From Microgenomates group bacterium GW2011_GWF2_46_18 (GTDB taxonomy: Bacteria; Patescibacteriota; Microgenomatia; UBA1400; UBA12108): a stretch of 64,000 nucleotides of DNA. Where the stretch lies: contig LCMB01000003.1 of NCBI GenBank assembly GCA_001002415.1, forward strand, positions 12,489 to 76,488. The letters are read 5' to 3'. The notes beneath the pieces were generated by a model. The model was not told the origin of the DNA and made no database searches. It saw nothing but the letters and a program-made list of their open reading frames with translations. Made by a program: the position numbers and the translations under genes. This document shows positions 38,178 to 46,096 of this stretch, in pieces (position 1 is the stretch's first letter; the number at the start of each line of letters is the position of its first letter).

Positions 38178-38243
38178 TATTTACGCACAAACAGCGAGTC
38201 TACTCTTACTCAACTTTGTTGTCAACCATGTATAATAGGTGCC

Positions 38244-39647
38244 ATGCGTCCCGCTCAAACCCGTTTCCGTCTTCTCATCTTCCTCTCTACCCTTCTCTTT
38301 ATCGGTCTTGGCACCTATCTGGTCATTCGCTATGCCAAAGGCGACCGCCTGGGCCAATCTGGCATTGTCAAAGGGACTGGCCTCCTTTCTGCCAATAGTT
38401 TCCCGACCGGCGCCGAAGTCTATATCAACGGTAAATTGACGACAGCCACCGACAACACCCTCAACCTTGACCCTGGCGAATATCAACTCGAAATCAAAAA
38501 AGACGGTTATCACACCTGGAACAAACGACTTACCATCACCAAAGAGCTCGTGACCCAAACCAACGCCCGCCTTTTCCCGGTCAGCCCCACCCTTGAACCC
38601 TTGACCTATACTGGTGCCATCAATGCCATTCCCTCTCCTGACGGAACCAGCTTGGCTTATGTGGTCGCTTCCGCCTCTGCTGCCACCAAAAATGGTCTCT
38701 ACATTCAAGATCTGGATTCCTCTCCCATCTCTCTCAACAAAAGTGCGCGCCAGATCAGCCGCGAAGGCGGTGGCTACTCCTACGCCAATTCTCATTACAC
38801 CTGGAGTCCCAATGGCTCCGAAATTCTAGTTGCTTTCGAAAATGGAGATCACCTCCTCCTGGATTCAACTCGTTTCAACGATCCAACCGAGCTCAAAGAT
38901 GTGACCGTTCGACTCCCTCAAATCCTCTCCGAATGGGAACTCGAATTGGCTCGCACTGATCTGACTCGTCTTACCAAACTCCCCGATTTTTTCCAGGGCT
39001 TGGCTACTGAATCCAGTATCCTCACCAACCTCTATTTCTCTCCAGACGGAGAAAAACTTTTATACCAAGCTTTGAGTAATCTGGAAATCCCCGTCGGCTT
39101 AATCCCCTCTCTTCCCTCCTCTTCTAGCCAGCCAGAAACCCGTCAATTGTCGCCCGGCAACTGGTATGTCTATGATCTCAAAGAAGACAAAAATTTCCTT
39201 ATCGCCGAAGGTTCAGCTCCTTCCCCCTCTCCCTCCCAAACCCCCAAAACCAAATCCAATCTGGTTCAACTCTCACCTGTCCTTCAAAAAACCACTCTTC
39301 TTTCCAACCTCGAACCTCTTCCTGCCGAACTAATCTCCTCTCCCTCCGCCTTCCATACCCTTCAACAAGACGGGAACCTCACTAATACCCTCGCTCGCTT
39401 TAATGCCCAATACTCCTCTATGACAGTCGGTAGCCTCCAGTGGTATCCCGACTCCATCCACTTAATCATTACCACCGAACAAAATATTGTTCTCATCGAA
39501 TATGACAACACCAACACAACCACTGTCTATGCCGGACCTTTTGACCACACTTTTGTCACTCCTTGGCCAGATTACTCAAAGATAGTTACCCGCATTCAAT
39601 TTTCTCCCGACACCCCTCCCAACCTCTATACAATCAAGCTTAGATAA
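38244..39647 (+). CDS. PEGA-domain protein with TolB-like beta-propeller repeats, membrane anchored
   Basis: N-terminal TM. A PEGA-like segment (FPTGAEVYINGK...LDPGEYQLEIKKDGYHTWNKRL). Repeated YxxSPDG/WSPNGSE motifs typical of TolB/WD40-like propellers. Confidence 0.55.
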   Translation: MRPAQTRFRLLIFLSTLLFIGLGTYLVIRYAKGDRLGQSGIVKGTGLLSANSFPTGAEVYINGKLTTATDNTLNLDPGEYQLEIKKDGYHTWNKRLTITKELVTQTNARLFPVSPTLEPLTYTGAINAIPSPDGTSLAYVVASASAATKNGLYIQDLDSSPISLNKSARQISREGGGYSYANSHYTWSPNGSEILVAFENGDHLLLDSTRFNDPTELKDVTVRLPQILSEWELELARTDLTRLTKLPDFFQGLATESSILTNLYFSPDGEKLLYQALSNLEIPVGLIPSLPSSSSQPETRQLSPGNWYVYDLKEDKNFLIAEGSAPSPSPSQTPKTKSNLVQLSPVLQKTTLLSNLEPLPAELISSPSAFHTLQQDGNLTNTLARFNAQYSSMTVGSLQWYPDSIHLIITTEQNIVLIEYDNTNTTTVYAGPFDHTFVTPWPDYSKIVTRIQFSPDTPPNLYTIKLR

Positions 39648-40295
39648 TTGTATAGTTATATCATGTTCAATCTGCTCACTCACAACTACTTAACTCGTGG
39701 CTTCTGGGGAGACGAAGCCTGGACCATTGGTATTTCCCGCCTCCCCATCACAGAAATCATTACCATTACCGGCCAAGATTTCCATCCCCCCTTCTATTAT
39801 TTTCTCGTTCATGCGTTGGGCTCGCTTACCGGCTTTTCCGAAATCCCCATTCGTCTCCTTTCCACCCTCTTTTTCCTCCTAATTCCCTTTCTCGTATACA
39901 AACTAACTGGATTATTTTGGACCACTAAAAATACTCTCACTAAAATCTATCGTCTATCATCTAGTATCTTGATCCTTTTCTCCCCTATTCTCTTTACCTA
40001 TGCTTTCGAAGCTCGCTCCTACGGTCTGTTGGCTTGCGAAACCATCCTCTCTGCCTACATTTTTTGGCGAGCGCTCAATGAAAACAAAGGACATTACCTC
40101 TGGAGAATCCTCTATACCATTATTGGCGGATTATTCTCGCCTCACATGGCTTTTATCTGCTCCTTTTTGAACGTAACAAAATCCTCGCTCTCCTCCCTAG
40201 TGCTCTCGGAGTCCTCCTCATTCAGCTCCCCTGGCTACCTACCCTTCTCGGGCAAACCAGCTCGGTCCAGTCCAGCTACTGGATCGGCCCCATGA
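39648..40295 (+). CDS. GT-C (GT39/ArnT-like) membrane glycosyltransferase, N-terminal part; probably frameshifted
   Basis: GFWGDEAWTIG (DE motif) plus TM helices. The last ~50 codons are Ser-rich and read as out-of-frame. The alternative frame is open from 40082 and continues into the next ORF. Confidence 0.5.
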   Translation: MYSYIMFNLLTHNYLTRGFWGDEAWTIGISRLPITEIITITGQDFHPPFYYFLVHALGSLTGFSEIPIRLLSTLFFLLIPFLVYKLTGLFWTTKNTLTKIYRLSSSILILFSPILFTYAFEARSYGLLACETILSAYIFWRALNENKGHYLWRILYTIIGGLFSPHMAFICSFLNVTKSSLSSLVLSESSSFSSPGYLPFSGKPARSSPATGSAP

Positions 40296-40954
40296 ACAAT
40301 CGTACCCACGCCGAATTTTTTCTCCGCGTTGTCGGGGGAGATCGAGTAACCATCATGCAATCACCTCTCGCTTACTCTGTTGGCGCCATACTCCTGCTAG
40401 ATTTCCTCTACCGGCTTTATCAACGCGACTTCCCTCGCCATTACCGATTCCTTCTTACTTGGCTTCTGATCCCTACCCTCCTTTCCACTATCATCTCCCT
40501 CCTCTTTACTCCCGTCTTCTATTATCGCTACCTCATTTTTTCCGCCATCCCCATTCTGATTCTGACTGTTCAGGCTCTCAAGCGTCTGCCTCAAATCATC
40601 TTTCTCTTGATCGTCATTGTTCTCCTTGGTGCTCAAGTCTACGTTGATTATCGAATTTTCTCTCAATACCCTCGTTCTATGCGTGAAGAAGTTGCCGAAC
40701 TCTACCAAACCAAGGTAAAAAATGATCAGAACGTCTATACCGTCCTACCTTCCTTTGCCGAAGTAGCCTACTACCTCCCCCACACATCTCCCATCAAAGT
40801 CCTGCCGCTCGGTCTCATTCAATTCTCCGGCAAATCACTCCTCGATGCCTACGTCCGCCTCGGTAAAGCCGAGATTGTCGATGGGGTTACTCCTTACTAT
40901 CTCCTCGAACCAGGCCCCAAAACAAGCCTTATCGACACAACTAAGGTAAAATAA
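40292..40954 (+). CDS. C-terminal part of the same GT39-like glycosyltransferase, or a separate gene
   Basis: TM-rich then a soluble C-terminal domain. Its frame is open upstream to 40082, reading ...LLLFERNKILALLPSALGVLLIQLPWLPTLL.... Confidence 0.45.
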   Translation: MNNRTHAEFFLRVVGGDRVTIMQSPLAYSVGAILLLDFLYRLYQRDFPRHYRFLLTWLLIPTLLSTIISLLFTPVFYYRYLIFSAIPILILTVQALKRLPQIIFLLIVIVLLGAQVYVDYRIFSQYPRSMREEVAELYQTKVKNDQNVYTVLPSFAEVAYYLPHTSPIKVLPLGLIQFSGKSLLDAYVRLGKAEIVDGVTPYYLLEPGPKTSLIDTTKVK

Positions 40955-40961
40955 TCTCAAC

Positions 40962-41033
40962 GTCCCTGTAGTTCAACGGATAGAACTGCGGTTTCCTAAA
41001 CCGCCAATCCAGGTCCAATTCCCGGCAGGGACA
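40962..41033 (+). tRNA. tRNA-Arg (anticodon CCU), atypical T arm
   Basis: Acceptor GTCCCTG/CAGGGAC, D arm GTTC-AACGGATA-GAAC, anticodon stem GCGGT/ACCGC with loop TTCCTAA. The T arm CCAGG-TCCAATT-CCCGG has one A-C mismatch and a non-canonical loop. No CCA. Confidence 0.55.
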
Positions 41034-41043
41034 CATACACCCC

Positions 41044-41483
41044 TTACTTCCCCCGCTCAAACTCCGAATAAATCAGACACGCCTCGGCCGTATCATACTC
41101 AAACAATTCTTCTGATTTAAAGATTAGTCTAATCTCTTTCCCGGCATTCTCAGTACTATCCGAGGCATGAATCAAATTTTGGCTCCCGCTCAAAGCGTAA
41201 TCACCGCGGATACTCCCGGCTTCCGCTTCGTACCCTTTAGTCACTCCGACAATTTTTCGGACTACGCTGACTGCTTCTTGTCCTTCCCACACCATCGCCA
41301 CGATCGGTGTCCAGGTCATAAATCCTTTTAGGTCTTTGAAAAAAGGTTTGTCTTTGTGGGTCTCATCATCTTCAGTCCCACCAACTTGAGTCCTTTACGC
41401 TCGAACCGGCGCATGATTTCTCCAATTAGTCCTCGCTGTAATCCATCTGGTTTAATCAAAATTACTGTGCGTTGCATAGACAT
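41044..41483 (-). pseudogene. ndk: Nucleoside diphosphate kinase, apparently disrupted by a frameshift/deletion
   Basis: C-terminal 91 codons (41044..41319) encode ...[23 protein letters not shown]...NLIHASDS, i.e. NDK including the catalytic His region. N-terminal 50 codons (41331..41483) encode [40 protein letters not shown], in a different frame that ends in a stop. Any single-indel repair still omits ~11 aa of the Tyr52 helix hairpin. Confidence 0.5.
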
Positions 41484-41531
41484 ATTTTTCTCCTTTCCCC
41501 CATTCTATCACATAGGATATAATCCCCTTGT

Positions 41532-41602
41532 CGGGGTGTGGTCCAGCGGTAGGATGCGCGCTTCGGGTGCGTGCGGCCTCGGTTCGATTCCGAGCACCCC
41601 GA
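41532..41602 (+). tRNA. tRNA-Pro (anticodon CGG)
   Basis: Acceptor CGGGGTG/CACCCCG, anticodon stem CGCGC/GCGTG with loop TTCGGGT, T arm CTCGG-TTCGATT-CCGAG. No CCA. Confidence 0.8.
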
Positions 41603-41603
41603 C

Positions 41604-42848
41604 TTACTTAGCTCTTGGTCCCACAATTACTGTCCTAATCTCCTCTTCTTTTACTAGCTCCGTCAATACCTGTTTAACCTCATCTAGCGTCACTCCTCTA
41701 ACAATCCGTTCCACCTCTTCTGGTTGCCTAATCTCATCAGTTATCAAAGCTCGCATCCCAAAGAATTGGGCCACCCCCATCGAATCCTCCAAAGTCAGGG
41801 GCAAATGACCCAGCACGTATTCTTTGGCTTTCCTTAGTTCTGTTTGGGTAATTGTCGACCCCAGCTTGAGCAATTCCTCCTTAGATACTCTTAAAGCCTC
41901 TTCAAGCTTCCCGAGTGCCACTCCCGCCCGAACCGCCAAATACCCCACATCATAGGCCGTATCCATCTCAGCTCGTACGTAATAAGCCAGTCCCCGCTTC
42001 TCTCTAATCTCGTTAAATAATCGGCTGCTCATCCCTCCCCCCAAAACAATTTGCCCTAACTGGAGTGCATATCGCCTAGGATCAATCAATGAGACTCCTG
42101 GTACCCCCATCAAAAAATGGGCTTGTTCAGTTTTTCTTCGCACATGCTTTGTCTGAGGTTTCCCATACTTCCCTGATTGGTTATATGTCAACATCCCTCC
42201 CTTCCCCATTCCCGACAATTTATTTTCCAACTCAACTAACATCTCTCGTCTATCACTTGGGATCTTCCCGGCTATAACTACCAACACATTCCCTCCCCGA
42301 TACCACTCGTGCATGTAAGTTCTCAAAGCTTGGCTCGTGGTCGCTCTAACCGTCTCTTTGTCTCCAATAATTAGTCTCCCCATACTGCTTCCGTCATAGA
42401 TCAGGTTTTCAAACTCCTCAACAGCCCGCTCTCTGGGCTCATCCTCATACATGGCAATTTCCTGCACAATCACTTCTCGTTCCCGGGTCAAATCTTCTTG
42501 AGGGAGGCTCGGCACCGTCACCATTTCCGCCAAAATCTTCGTGGTCAAAGGCAAGTGTTTGGCTGCACTGGTAATGTAGTAACCCGTATATTCCTTGCCA
42601 GTAAAGGCATTATTCTCGGCTCCAATCGAATCAATCGCGGTCGAAATCGCCATGGGCGTTGGGAAACTCTTGGTTCCCTTAAATAGCATGTGTTCCAACA
42701 CATGGGAGATCCCCGCCTGCTTTCCGGTCTCATTCCTAGAGCCGGTTTTAACCAAAATCATCATTGTCACCGACTCAACTCCCGCCATTGGGATCGCCAA
42801 CACCCTCACTCCATTTGTCAACTTGGTGTAGTTAACGTCAAACTTCAT
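41604..42848 (-). CDS. M16 family (pitrilysin-like) zinc peptidase
   Basis: HVLEHMLFKGT inverted zinc motif HxxEH; ~414 aa, typical of M16B. Confidence 0.75.
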   Translation of the reverse strand: MKFDVNYTKLTNGVRVLAIPMAGVESVTMMILVKTGSRNETGKQAGISHVLEHMLFKGTKSFPTPMAISTAIDSIGAENNAFTGKEYTGYYITSAAKHLPLTTKILAEMVTVPSLPQEDLTREREVIVQEIAMYEDEPRERAVEEFENLIYDGSSMGRLIIGDKETVRATTSQALRTYMHEWYRGGNVLVVIAGKIPSDRREMLVELENKLSGMGKGGMLTYNQSGKYGKPQTKHVRRKTEQAHFLMGVPGVSLIDPRRYALQLGQIVLGGGMSSRLFNEIREKRGLAYYVRAEMDTAYDVGYLAVRAGVALGKLEEALRVSKEELLKLGSTITQTELRKAKEYVLGHLPLTLEDSMGVAQFFGMRALITDEIRQPEEVERIVRGVTLDEVKQVLTELVKEEEIRTVIVGPRAK

Positions 42849-42866
42849 GATTATTTCCTTTCTTAG

Positions 42867-42938
42867 TGGACCGTGGCGGACTCGAACCGCCCTTTCCGCA
42901 ATGCGAATGCGGTGCTCTACCAGATAAGCTAACGGCCC
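42867..42938 (-). tRNA. tRNA-Ala (anticodon CGC)
   Basis: Reverse complement gives acceptor GGGCCGT/ACGGTCC with the G3:U70 alanine identity pair, anticodon loop TTCGCAT, T arm GGCGG-TTCGAGT-CCGCC. No CCA. Confidence 0.8.
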
Positions 42939-42945
42939 AACTTTT

Positions 42946-43524
42946 CTATTTTACTACAACCCAGGCTAAACCGATCGCTACCATCCCTCCACCAACTATC
43001 GCTCCCATCATTGCCTGTGCCCACGTATGATGTTTTTGCTCTACTCGTGCCCAAGCTACCAGACATAATATCGCGTATAACCAAATATATTTCCACTCGA
43101 AAAACATATTAATCGCCGTGATTAAAACCGCATTAACCCCCGTATGTAAACTAATCTTCCACTTGAGTGTAATCAGGAAAAAGACGATTGCCACTCCATA
43201 AAATACCGCTAATACCTGAACCAACTCGTTTTTGCCTAGTTCATGGGCCATCCATATTCCCCCCAAATGACAAATCAAAGTAAACAAATATAGGGGAATT
43301 CGTTGTTTCCGATTTCGAATATCCCAGTTTGAAATCTGCCGATTATAGAGCATGATTAAGAAAAAGATTAAAGGCACGATCGCATCAACAAACAATAGTA
43401 ACCCTACGAATCGCCAGCGTAATCCCTCTTGGATTGCTACCGCCACCGCCAGCAGGATCGCCAATGGGATCTCCCACACCGGATCAAACACTCTCGACAC
43501 CACTTGCGCCAAAATCTTCCTCAC
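42946..43524 (-). CDS. Polytopic membrane protein, PAP2-phosphatase-like
   Basis: Five to six TM helices. KQRIP, SLHTG and RVEQKHHTWAQAMMGAIVG resemble PAP2 motifs 1-3 (KxxxxxxRP, PSGH, SRxxxxxHxxxD), imperfectly. Confidence 0.35.
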   Translation of the reverse strand: MRKILAQVVSRVFDPVWEIPLAILLAVAVAIQEGLRWRFVGLLLFVDAIVPLIFFLIMLYNRQISNWDIRNRKQRIPLYLFTLICHLGGIWMAHELGKNELVQVLAVFYGVAIVFFLITLKWKISLHTGVNAVLITAINMFFEWKYIWLYAILCLVAWARVEQKHHTWAQAMMGAIVGGGMVAIGLAWVVVK

Positions 43525-43538
43525 TCTTTAAATATACA

Positions 43539-43997
43539 CTACTCCCGCAGCTTTCCCCTCTTATCTCTTTCTCCAGTCATAGCACCTCTTACTGTACCCA
43601 TACCTGCTGTAGTATCATACATTACATAATCTCCCATATCCATATGTTCATTTGCCAATAATTTGTCATATTCATCTATGATCGCATGAGCCTGATGCGC
43701 CCAATCCTCTCTACTCCCGTGGAAAGTTTCAACGTTAAGTTTTCTTCTCGTTAGTTCACTTTCAATCAAAGGATTTATCGGATATCCATTTAACAAATTC
43801 TTGAACGCTGCGACTATCAACGCTTCGATTGGAGCTTCTTCGGATAAAACTATTTCTGGTGGGATTACTTTTCCAAGTTCTCCTGGTTTCAGGGCTTTTG
43901 TAGTATCAGCACTCACTGTCCTAGAACCTTTTGGCCTCCCTCTCTTCCCCCTGCCCTCTACAAATTGTTCTTTTTTAGCATCCCATCGTAATCCCAT
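43539..43997 (-). CDS. Hypothetical protein
   Basis: 152-aa ORF with an N-terminal basic stretch (RGKRGRPKGSR). Confidence 0.4.
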   Translation of the reverse strand: MGLRWDAKKEQFVEGRGKRGRPKGSRTVSADTTKALKPGELGKVIPPEIVLSEEAPIEALIVAAFKNLLNGYPINPLIESELTRRKLNVETFHGSREDWAHQAHAIIDEYDKLLANEHMDMGDYVMYDTTAGMGTVRGAMTGERDKRGKLRE

Positions 43998-44022
43998 TCA
44001 CATATGCTACCACAATTTTGCC

Positions 44023-44370
44023 CTATTTATTACTCAAAGTTACCCCGACTGGTATCAACTCCTCACCCCACGGCTGATATACTCTTCCAGATTTAGGATC
44101 AACCATAAACGGGATTGCCTTCCCCGTAAAAGTAAACCATAAATATTTCTTCCCCTCCCAATCCAGTGTTTGATGAGGATGCCGACCGCCTTCCAAGACT
44201 GTCCTAATCGCACCTCTCCCCTGTTCACAAATCGCGTGGGGACAAAATGTCGTCGGTAATACTGTTTCTTCCCACTCCCTTAACACTCTCTCACCCCCAA
44301 TTTCTCTAAATCCACACTCACCACTTCGCCCACCCTGTTGACACCACGCACACTTTTCTTTTAATAACAT
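44023..44370 (-). CDS. Hypothetical Cys/His-containing protein
   Basis: CAWCQQGG...C and FCPHAICEQG...GGRHPH suggest a metal-binding small protein. Confidence 0.4.
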   Translation of the reverse strand: MLLKEKCAWCQQGGRSGECGFREIGGERVLREWEETVLPTTFCPHAICEQGRGAIRTVLEGGRHPHQTLDWEGKKYLWFTFTGKAIPFMVDPKSGRVYQPWGEELIPVGVTLSNK

Positions 44371-44434
44371 CGGTCGGATTATACCAAACTACATTTCCGT
44401 TGGGGCCTGGATCCCCAATAACCCCAATCCACTC

Positions 44435-46069
44435 TCAAGAATATTTGCCACCGCCTCTGTCAAGCGCATTGTAGAAACTATTAAATCTGGTCGCCAATTC
44501 GTAGATATACGTCGCCACTAGTTGCGGTGCAAACTTTTCCCCCGCTTCCACCACCACCTCCGGATACCGGTAAATCCAGCGCAGAATACTCATCTCTTCA
44601 TTACTAGGGTTGATCCCATGCAATTGCGAGGGTTGATCCCTTGTAATCTCACTCTTTGCCAAAACACTTTTTGCCCGAGCAAAGGTATACTGGAGATATG
44701 GCCCGGTATCCCCTTCCAGATTGGTCATCTTCTCTGGTTCATAGACAATATCCCCGCCGATTGCCTGCCTTAGCACCGTATATTTAAGCGCCCCCACCGC
44801 TACCATATCCGCTACCCGCTCTCGCTCCTTGATTTCCCTCTCCCCCATCTTAAGTTGTACCACCGCTTTCAAATCATTGAGTAACCCCTCCCCTGTTATT
44901 ACCTTGCCAGTCCGACTACTCATCTTCCCGCTTACTAGCTTCATCATCCCATGGGGAATATGCGTCGTTTTTGCTGCCAGTTCGGGGTACAACTGTTCCA
45001 TCACCCGCAAAACTACCTTAAAATACTCGGTAATCTCGTTGGCTGTGACAATATACGATCGATCGTAGGAGTATCTCCCATACTTAGTCTTCGCCAGTCC
45101 CAAATCCTTGGCTTCATAAGTCGGTAGCCCCAATTTATTGCGGAATACTCGGGTATGTAAATGATCTTTTTCTCCTTTATATACTACCGCTCCCTCTTCG
45201 CCTACTTCCAAAACACCCTTTGCTAACCCTTCCTTAACAACCTCTAGTCCCACCGGTCCCGCTTCGCTCTCAAAAAAATATTCATCAAACTTGGTTCCCA
45301 GCCGAGCATAAATCGTCTCAAAATATGCCAGTGACCACTCTCTCCCCACATCATACAGTTTGTTAGTCTCTGCATTACTTCTCTGATAAATTTGCAGGTT
45401 CAATTCGTGGATTTCTTTTTTCACTTCTTCATCTTCCTCATATCTTGTCGCCCCCAGTGCATATGCCTGTCCCATCAACTTCTGTCGCTCTTTGAGTTCC
45501 CATTTCTCTAACTCCCCTAGTTCCAACTTCCTCATTCCTAATTCCTGACGTATTCCCCAAATCGCCTTGGCCACATGTAATCCCACATCTCCCTGGTAAT
45601 TGGCTCGTTTCACTTCTGCTCCTTGCGCGATCAATATCCTGGCCAGACTCTCGCCGATCGTGTTACTCATTAGGTGGCCTATGTGCATCTCCTTAAACGG
45701 GTTGGGATCGGTATACTCAACCATGATCCTTTGTCCTGCCAGTTGTTTATTTTTCCCATAACCTTTCTTCCTGGCGGCTCCAGCTTCCTCAATCAGATAC
45801 TCTTTCTTTAGGTAAAAATTGATAAAACCCGCTCCCGCCACTTCTATTTTCTCTATCAATCTATTCATTTCTATATCATTTGCTAACAATTCCCATATCT
45901 TTTCCGCCACTTCCCGCGGCTTAATTCCAACTTCTTTGGCCAAAACTAGCACCACATTGGTGGAATAATCCCCGTGTTGTTCATCTTTTGGATGTTCCAC
46001 CTTAAAGTTAACAACCGGCATTTTCAGTTTCTTTAATTGGGCTTGAATCCCCTCCCTAATCATTTGCAT
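44435..46069 (-). CDS. argS: Arginine--tRNA ligase
   Basis: HIGH motif (FKEMHIGHLMS), class I ArgRS length, and a C-terminal DALK-type anticodon-binding helix bundle. Confidence 0.85.
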   Translation of the reverse strand: MQMIREGIQAQLKKLKMPVVNFKVEHPKDEQHGDYSTNVVLVLAKEVGIKPREVAEKIWELLANDIEMNRLIEKIEVAGAGFINFYLKKEYLIEEAGAARKKGYGKNKQLAGQRIMVEYTDPNPFKEMHIGHLMSNTIGESLARILIAQGAEVKRANYQGDVGLHVAKAIWGIRQELGMRKLELGELEKWELKERQKLMGQAYALGATRYEEDEEVKKEIHELNLQIYQRSNAETNKLYDVGREWSLAYFETIYARLGTKFDEYFFESEAGPVGLEVVKEGLAKGVLEVGEEGAVVYKGEKDHLHTRVFRNKLGLPTYEAKDLGLAKTKYGRYSYDRSYIVTANEITEYFKVVLRVMEQLYPELAAKTTHIPHGMMKLVSGKMSSRTGKVITGEGLLNDLKAVVQLKMGEREIKERERVADMVAVGALKYTVLRQAIGGDIVYEPEKMTNLEGDTGPYLQYTFARAKSVLAKSEITRDQPSQLHGINPSNEEMSILRWIYRYPEVVVEAGEKFAPQLVATYIYELATRFNSFYNALDRGGGKYS

Positions 46070-46096
46070 GTCTTTATTCTACCCTATTCCCCCATT

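Noticed and set aside
38181-38795. 204-aa minus-strand ORF antisense to the PEGA/TolB-like gene
   Set aside because: Gly/Arg-rich antisense translation. The sense ORF has PEGA and propeller motifs.
41356-41808. 150-aa plus-strand ORF spanning the ndk upstream region, tRNA-Pro and the M16 peptidase 3' end
   Set aside because: It runs through a tRNA gene and is antisense to two recognisable genes.
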